Source: Candidatus Heimdallarchaeota archaeon (GTDB lineage Archaea > Asgardarchaeota > Heimdallarchaeia > Heimdallarchaeales > Kariarchaeaceae). From it: DNA of 53,122 nt. Positions 48,804 through 53,122 of the stretch are shown piece after piece. The stretch lies in contig WAKA01000180.1 in NCBI GenBank assembly GCA_015523565.1, positions 1 to 53,122 on the forward strand, in the 5' to 3' direction. Each line of letters begins with the position of its first letter. Positions within the stretch are counted from its first letter, which is position 1. The notes under the pieces are model-generated. The model had not been told where the DNA came from, searched no databases, and saw nothing but the letters and a program-made list of their open reading frames with translations. Both the position numbers and the translations under genes were made by a program.

Positions 48804-50660
48804 GTGTCAAATGGAAAACAAGTGTCGCTTGTTAACCTAATACATGATTCTCTCTTTGGGCAAACAACAGAGTATTGGATGCAAAGCCTTTCAGTAACTA
48901 TCTGGTTATTTGGGGGATTGCTTGACGATCCTTACATTTATCTCATTGGAATATTGTCATCCGTTTTTTTCTATCTGCTTTCAATTTTTCAAGAAATTAG
49001 AAGAAACGGCACATTGGATGCTATTCCCTATGGCATAACATCAAAACTTCTTTTTGGTAGTTTAGCATACTTGTTTTATTTTAAATGGGGAAATCAAGGA
49101 CCTCCACAAATAACCGCTTTTTCAATTTCCATCGATGTAAATTATATTTCAATTGTTGTTTTAGCTTCATTGTTCATAGTTTGGGTTATTGGTCGGTCGT
49201 TTGATACAAGAAAATGGCTGTCAAAACTTGATCTCACAAGTTATTTTCTACTGACTATTTCTGGAATTTTTAAGCTATTTCTTCTTATTTTTGCAGTGAG
49301 AATTTATCTCGGATTTAATTTTCCCTATTCATTTTACGAAATGGTATTTGCATCCGCACTTTTAGACCCAATAATTGTTTACTTCTTCCATAAACGTAAT
49401 TTTACCCTTTCCAGTTTTGAATTGGCAGTTTCCGATAAAAAGTTCCCTGCAAACGCTTCTCTCAATTCTTGCATTATGAATATTTTTTATCTTTCTCTTG
49501 GAATATATTGGGGAGAGGATTACATTGAAGAGGCAAAACTTATCCGCGCAATTCTTATCATGTTTCTCTTGTTCTTTTTTACCCAAGGTCGTTCTTCCCT
49601 CCAAAAGTTTGCAAAAAACCCTTTGCAATTCTCTCCTATTGGGGACATTTTGGAAGAAACTCCTGAATTGCTTTCAAGAATCAATCCAGACAACACTCCT
49701 GCATATATTGTTGCAAGTAATGAACGTATTGGGTTAAATTCAGACCTTTCAATTGATCTTCCAAAGAATTCTCTAATTATTCCATTGAAGGAAACAAAAG
49801 GCAAGATTGAAGTTGCAGTTATTGGCTCTTTAAAAGGGATAGATAACAAACACGGTCTTCCTTCTGTTGAAAATCTGGAAGGAATTACCCTCACTCTTTT
49901 TCCGAAAAAGACATTCAAAACCATTGTTTCAAAATCTGACATTTCAACTCTTTCCAAGATTGACTTTGATGCCTTGGGTCTTCCAAATCTAGAAAGTATC
50001 CAAAATCTGCTTCAGATGCAAACCTCCAAAATAAAGAACTGGACTGATCAAGTAACTACAGATCTGACAAAATTTAATCCTGGAAATCTATCAATTCACA
50101 CAGAAAATGGATTTACAAACGTGAACCTTGGGCTAATTCAGGTTCTAGAGCATGAAGGGGATGGTGCTCTGCCTGGATTTACAAGATTCAAAATGCCTGG
50201 TATTCGTGTTCTTGAAACAGAACAAGGAACCATTGTTAAGTTGTTTGGATATGACATTTTTGATCATCCCGATTTTTCATTTGTAAACCTTCCAGGGATT
50301 ACGGTAATTGACTTTGAAGGAAAAGGGACCGTTGCCAAAATTTTTGGAATCAAGGTAGGTGATAATCTCAATCCCGAAAAAATTGACGAACTAAAAAATC
50401 TCTCTCTTTCCCTTATTGCCCAATTTGAAAAACAATTTGACAGCGGCATAGGCAGACTTCTTTCAAGAAAGAAAAGCCTCCCTCTCTTCAATATCTCCTT
50501 CGCGGGTGAATTCCGTCCATTATTCGCATCTCCTTCAAATGAGCAAATTGTTATGGCCTTGCCTCCTGATCATGCAATGCAAATGGAAAAATCAAACAAT
50601 GAACCTCCTCTATTAACCAGTCCTGATTATGAAATAATTGATGAGGAGCCTGAGACATAA
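48804..50660 (+). CDS. Hypothetical membrane protein (about 8 TM helices plus a soluble C-terminal region)
   Basis: Hydrophobic N-terminal 260 aa; C-terminus has short G-centred beta repeats. Confidence 0.6.
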   Translation: MSNGKQVSLVNLIHDSLFGQTTEYWMQSLSVTIWLFGGLLDDPYIYLIGILSSVFFYLLSIFQEIRRNGTLDAIPYGITSKLLFGSLAYLFYFKWGNQGPPQITAFSISIDVNYISIVVLASLFIVWVIGRSFDTRKWLSKLDLTSYFLLTISGIFKLFLLIFAVRIYLGFNFPYSFYEMVFASALLDPIIVYFFHKRNFTLSSFELAVSDKKFPANASLNSCIMNIFYLSLGIYWGEDYIEEAKLIRAILIMFLLFFFTQGRSSLQKFAKNPLQFSPIGDILEETPELLSRINPDNTPAYIVASNERIGLNSDLSIDLPKNSLIIPLKETKGKIEVAVIGSLKGIDNKHGLPSVENLEGITLTLFPKKTFKTIVSKSDISTLSKIDFDALGLPNLESIQNLLQMQTSKIKNWTDQVTTDLTKFNPGNLSIHTENGFTNVNLGLIQVLEHEGDGALPGFTRFKMPGIRVLETEQGTIVKLFGYDIFDHPDFSFVNLPGITVIDFEGKGTVAKIFGIKVGDNLNPEKIDELKNLSLSLIAQFEKQFDSGIGRLLSRKKSLPLFNISFAGEFRPLFASPSNEQIVMALPPDHAMQMEKSNNEPPLLTSPDYEIIDEEPET

Positions 50661-50683
50661 TCTTTTATTATTTTTTGAAACGA

Positions 50684-51046
50684 TTATTCATTTTTCTTGA
50701 GGTCAACATCAAGCCAAGAAACATCCGATTTTGGATTTATGGTCAACATCAGTGTTTTCAAGAGCAATGCCTCTTCTTCTGTCAAAATGTTGTCCCTCAT
50801 TGCTGTGAAATAGCTGTCTGAATACATTTTTTCTTCCAAATCCAGTAACTCATTTCTTTCTTCAGGCGTAATGATATTGTCTTCAACTGCTTTGTCAAAT
50901 ACAGATTCATATACTTCCAAGGATTCTGTCACTGCATCAATAATTGCTTTTTCATCTTCTGTAACAACACCGTCCTCTTTTGCCTTTTCCCATAATTTAT
51001 TGAGCGCTTGGCGTATCAGTTCAAGTCTTTTTTGCGCTTTTTCCAC
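50684..51046 (-). CDS. Small acidic helical protein with three A-x-x-D-(G/N)-x-x-T-x-(D/E)-E repeats
   Basis: AKEDGVVTEDE, AVEDNIITPEE, AMRDNILTEEE. Confidence 0.7.
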   Translation of the reverse strand: MEKAQKRLELIRQALNKLWEKAKEDGVVTEDEKAIIDAVTESLEVYESVFDKAVEDNIITPEERNELLDLEEKMYSDSYFTAMRDNILTEEEALLLKTLMLTINPKSDVSWLDVDLKKNE

Positions 51047-51165
51047 AGATATTGGTTAGTTTATACTTATTTACTATTTCCCATTGAATGATAGTCTATT
51101 AACAAAGTTTATTTATCTTAAAATGCAATTTACAATTGACTCTCTACCAATAGAGAGGTGACAAA

Positions 51166-52245
51166 TTGACTATTTCCCCTAAGCTCTCTGTCCCTGTTAT
51201 CCGGGCAATGAAACCTTCAGATGCAGTTGCAGTTGCGGAACTCGCATTCAAATCAATGAACCCTGTAATTACAAGTGCCTTTAAAGACAAAAAAGAAGAA
51301 GGGATTAAACTTCTTGCCCAGCATTATCGCAAAAATCCCGAAAACATTTTCGTGTTGACAGAGGGTTTGGACATTATTGGTGCAATTAAGATTGTCCTAC
51401 AAAACAATAAGGATTCAATATCAATAGGCTTTCGAGAACTTATCAAGCATTTGGGACTACTCAAAGGCATTCGTGCGGGTTTACTCTTGGCACCATGGGA
51501 TGAATATGCTCCCAAAACCCATGAGGCATTTGTTGAATTCCTTAATGTTGATCCTGAATGGCTTAACTCAGGTGCGGTTGATTTGTTATTGGATAAATGC
51601 AAAGCAATTGCTCAGGAGCATTCCAAGAAATTCCTTAGCATTTTTACGGAAAGCCAAGACTTCCGTACTTTGGGAAGGTTTGAAAAATGGGGTTTCTCCG
51701 ATTATAAAAAATCCACTTCATTTTTGGCAAAACTGTTGGGTGGTCCATACAAATGGAGAAAATTGGTGGCTCCTGTCAGCAACGATCCAATTACCATAAA
51801 AGAAATGGTTCTTCAGAAGGTTCAAATTGTAAAGCAACTCTGGGTTGATCGAAAAGAAGAATTCATTTTCGCAACAAAATTGGCCACAGGTTTGACCGCA
51901 GTCCCAATCATTGCAGGAAGCTTTGCATATTACCGTGGCTATTATTTAGCGGCTTATGGGTGGGTCTTGGTTGTATTGGCGCATCTGATTGGAGTTGCCA
52001 TGGTCTATAAGGAAATTGAATTCGGTCGAATTGCCCTATCAACCGCAGTTGTCCTCGAAAGTGGAAATATGGTTCTTCGTGCCTTGGCAACTTTGTCATG
52101 GACTGATCGCACATGGTTGCTTATTTTGGCTTCAATAAATCTCTATATTGCCTATGTAATGCTATTCAGCCAAACTTATCAAAATGATATGAGAGAGACA
52201 GCTCCTCTTGAAAAACCCAAACCGATTGAGAATTTCTGGAAATAA
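51166..52245 (+). CDS. GNAT-fold domain fused to a 4-TM C-terminal membrane domain
   Basis: IRAMKPSD, FVEFLNVDPEW...G, FEKWGF; acetyl-CoA motif degenerate. GAGGTG SD upstream of the TTG. Confidence 0.7.
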   Translation: MTISPKLSVPVIRAMKPSDAVAVAELAFKSMNPVITSAFKDKKEEGIKLLAQHYRKNPENIFVLTEGLDIIGAIKIVLQNNKDSISIGFRELIKHLGLLKGIRAGLLLAPWDEYAPKTHEAFVEFLNVDPEWLNSGAVDLLLDKCKAIAQEHSKKFLSIFTESQDFRTLGRFEKWGFSDYKKSTSFLAKLLGGPYKWRKLVAPVSNDPITIKEMVLQKVQIVKQLWVDRKEEFIFATKLATGLTAVPIIAGSFAYYRGYYLAAYGWVLVVLAHLIGVAMVYKEIEFGRIALSTAVVLESGNMVLRALATLSWTDRTWLLILASINLYIAYVMLFSQTYQNDMRETAPLEKPKPIENFWK

Positions 52246-52249
52246 TTTA

Positions 52250-52987
52250 TCAATCCAAAAGGTACTTCTTAATCCTTCGTTCCAGAAAATCTGGTTCATC
52301 ATGCATAAGCCCAATAACTCCTGAAATATTCAATATAGTGTTTATCGAACTGTATGGAAGTTTGGCCACCTGATTCAATTCCTCTTCAGTTAAACTATTC
52401 AGTTGCGTCTGAAAGGTTTTCATAATTGCTGATTCCAAAGAATTCATGAACTTTGCAAAATTTATCCGTGTGTTTTCCACAGGGTAGATAGACTTAAGTA
52501 AACTCAGTAATGCAATTCCCTTTTGTGAATCCTGATGAATTCCATCATCTCTGCAAGCAATGCAATTTTCATCACATAATTTGTCCTTGAAATCCTCGTC
52601 CTCTTTTCTTTGGATGAAAAAAACTTTGGCAGTTCTCCCCCAAATTTTTTCTGTTGCAGTTTGACCCTTGATCACCCTTTGACCAACTTCGTCAATCAGT
52701 CCACCATTTTTCAATTCTCTCAGATATCTATAAATTGTCTTTTCTGATTTCGCTTTTGTCCTTGACCCCGCATATGTAGAATACAATTCTGTAATTTCCT
52801 TGACTGTGAAACTACCATGTCTCAGTAACGCTAAAATGGGATACAAATCGTTCCTAAGCATTAAGTTTATCTTTTCAGGGTCTGAAATGAATTCTATGGT
52901 TTTTGGCTGGGTATGGATAATATCGAAAAACTCTTGTTCGTCTTCTTCCAATTCGTTCTTCTCATCACTAAAATTATCTTTATCCAT
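52250..52987 (-). CDS. ArsR-like winged helix-turn-helix protein
   Basis: ILALLRHGSFTVKEI...KTIYRYLRELKNGGLI...EKIWGRTAKVF. Confidence 0.75.
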   Translation of the reverse strand: MDKDNFSDEKNELEEDEQEFFDIIHTQPKTIEFISDPEKINLMLRNDLYPILALLRHGSFTVKEITELYSTYAGSRTKAKSEKTIYRYLRELKNGGLIDEVGQRVIKGQTATEKIWGRTAKVFFIQRKEDEDFKDKLCDENCIACRDDGIHQDSQKGIALLSLLKSIYPVENTRINFAKFMNSLESAIMKTFQTQLNSLTEEELNQVAKLPYSSINTILNISGVIGLMHDEPDFLERRIKKYLLD

Positions 52988-53122
52988 GATTTAAATTAAA
53001 TAAACCTCATTTTATATCTTTTCTAAAATTCTAATCTCTTGAGTGAAAAGTGAAGGAATAAAATTTATCCTTTTGTCTATCGTATTCTCAAAAAAATTGA
53101 TTTGCATATACATGCTTAGAAA

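Noticed and set aside
1-53122. Mobile elements, prophage, defence systems, tRNA or rRNA genes
   Set aside because: No transposase, integrase, capsid, cas or restriction-modification motifs, and no tRNA/rRNA signatures were recognised by eye. A tRNAscan/Infernal run would be needed to exclude small RNAs.

Overview
Gene-dense, AT-rich archaeal chromosomal segment with about 45 CDS and one RNase P RNA. I found no rRNA, tRNA, CRISPR array or transposase. Archaeal markers (Spt5, SecE/Sec61gamma, Tsr3, Taw3/TYW3, archaeal/eukaryote-type IleRS, fused ADP-forming acyl-CoA synthetase) occur with eukaryote-signature-like proteins (ADF/cofilin, TPR plus longin-like domain, a DENN/longin-like domain, LRR). 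This points to an Asgard archaeon, probably Heimdallarchaeia (inference). Highlights: (1) an intronless, eukaryote-like ADF/cofilin gene divergent from rnpB; (2) an apparently complete bacillithiol-type pathway (BshA, a PIG-L/BshB candidate, and BshC with a Cys4 insert) beside an atypical thioredoxin reductase; (3) partner genes (hydantoinase A/B, 2-oxoacid oxidoreductase alpha/beta, bshA/B/C) that lie near each other but are not in operons; (4) a pseudo-receiver fused to a DENN/longin-like domain; (5) an isolated Bacteroidota-like menB. All calls come from motif recognition by eye; no database searches were run.
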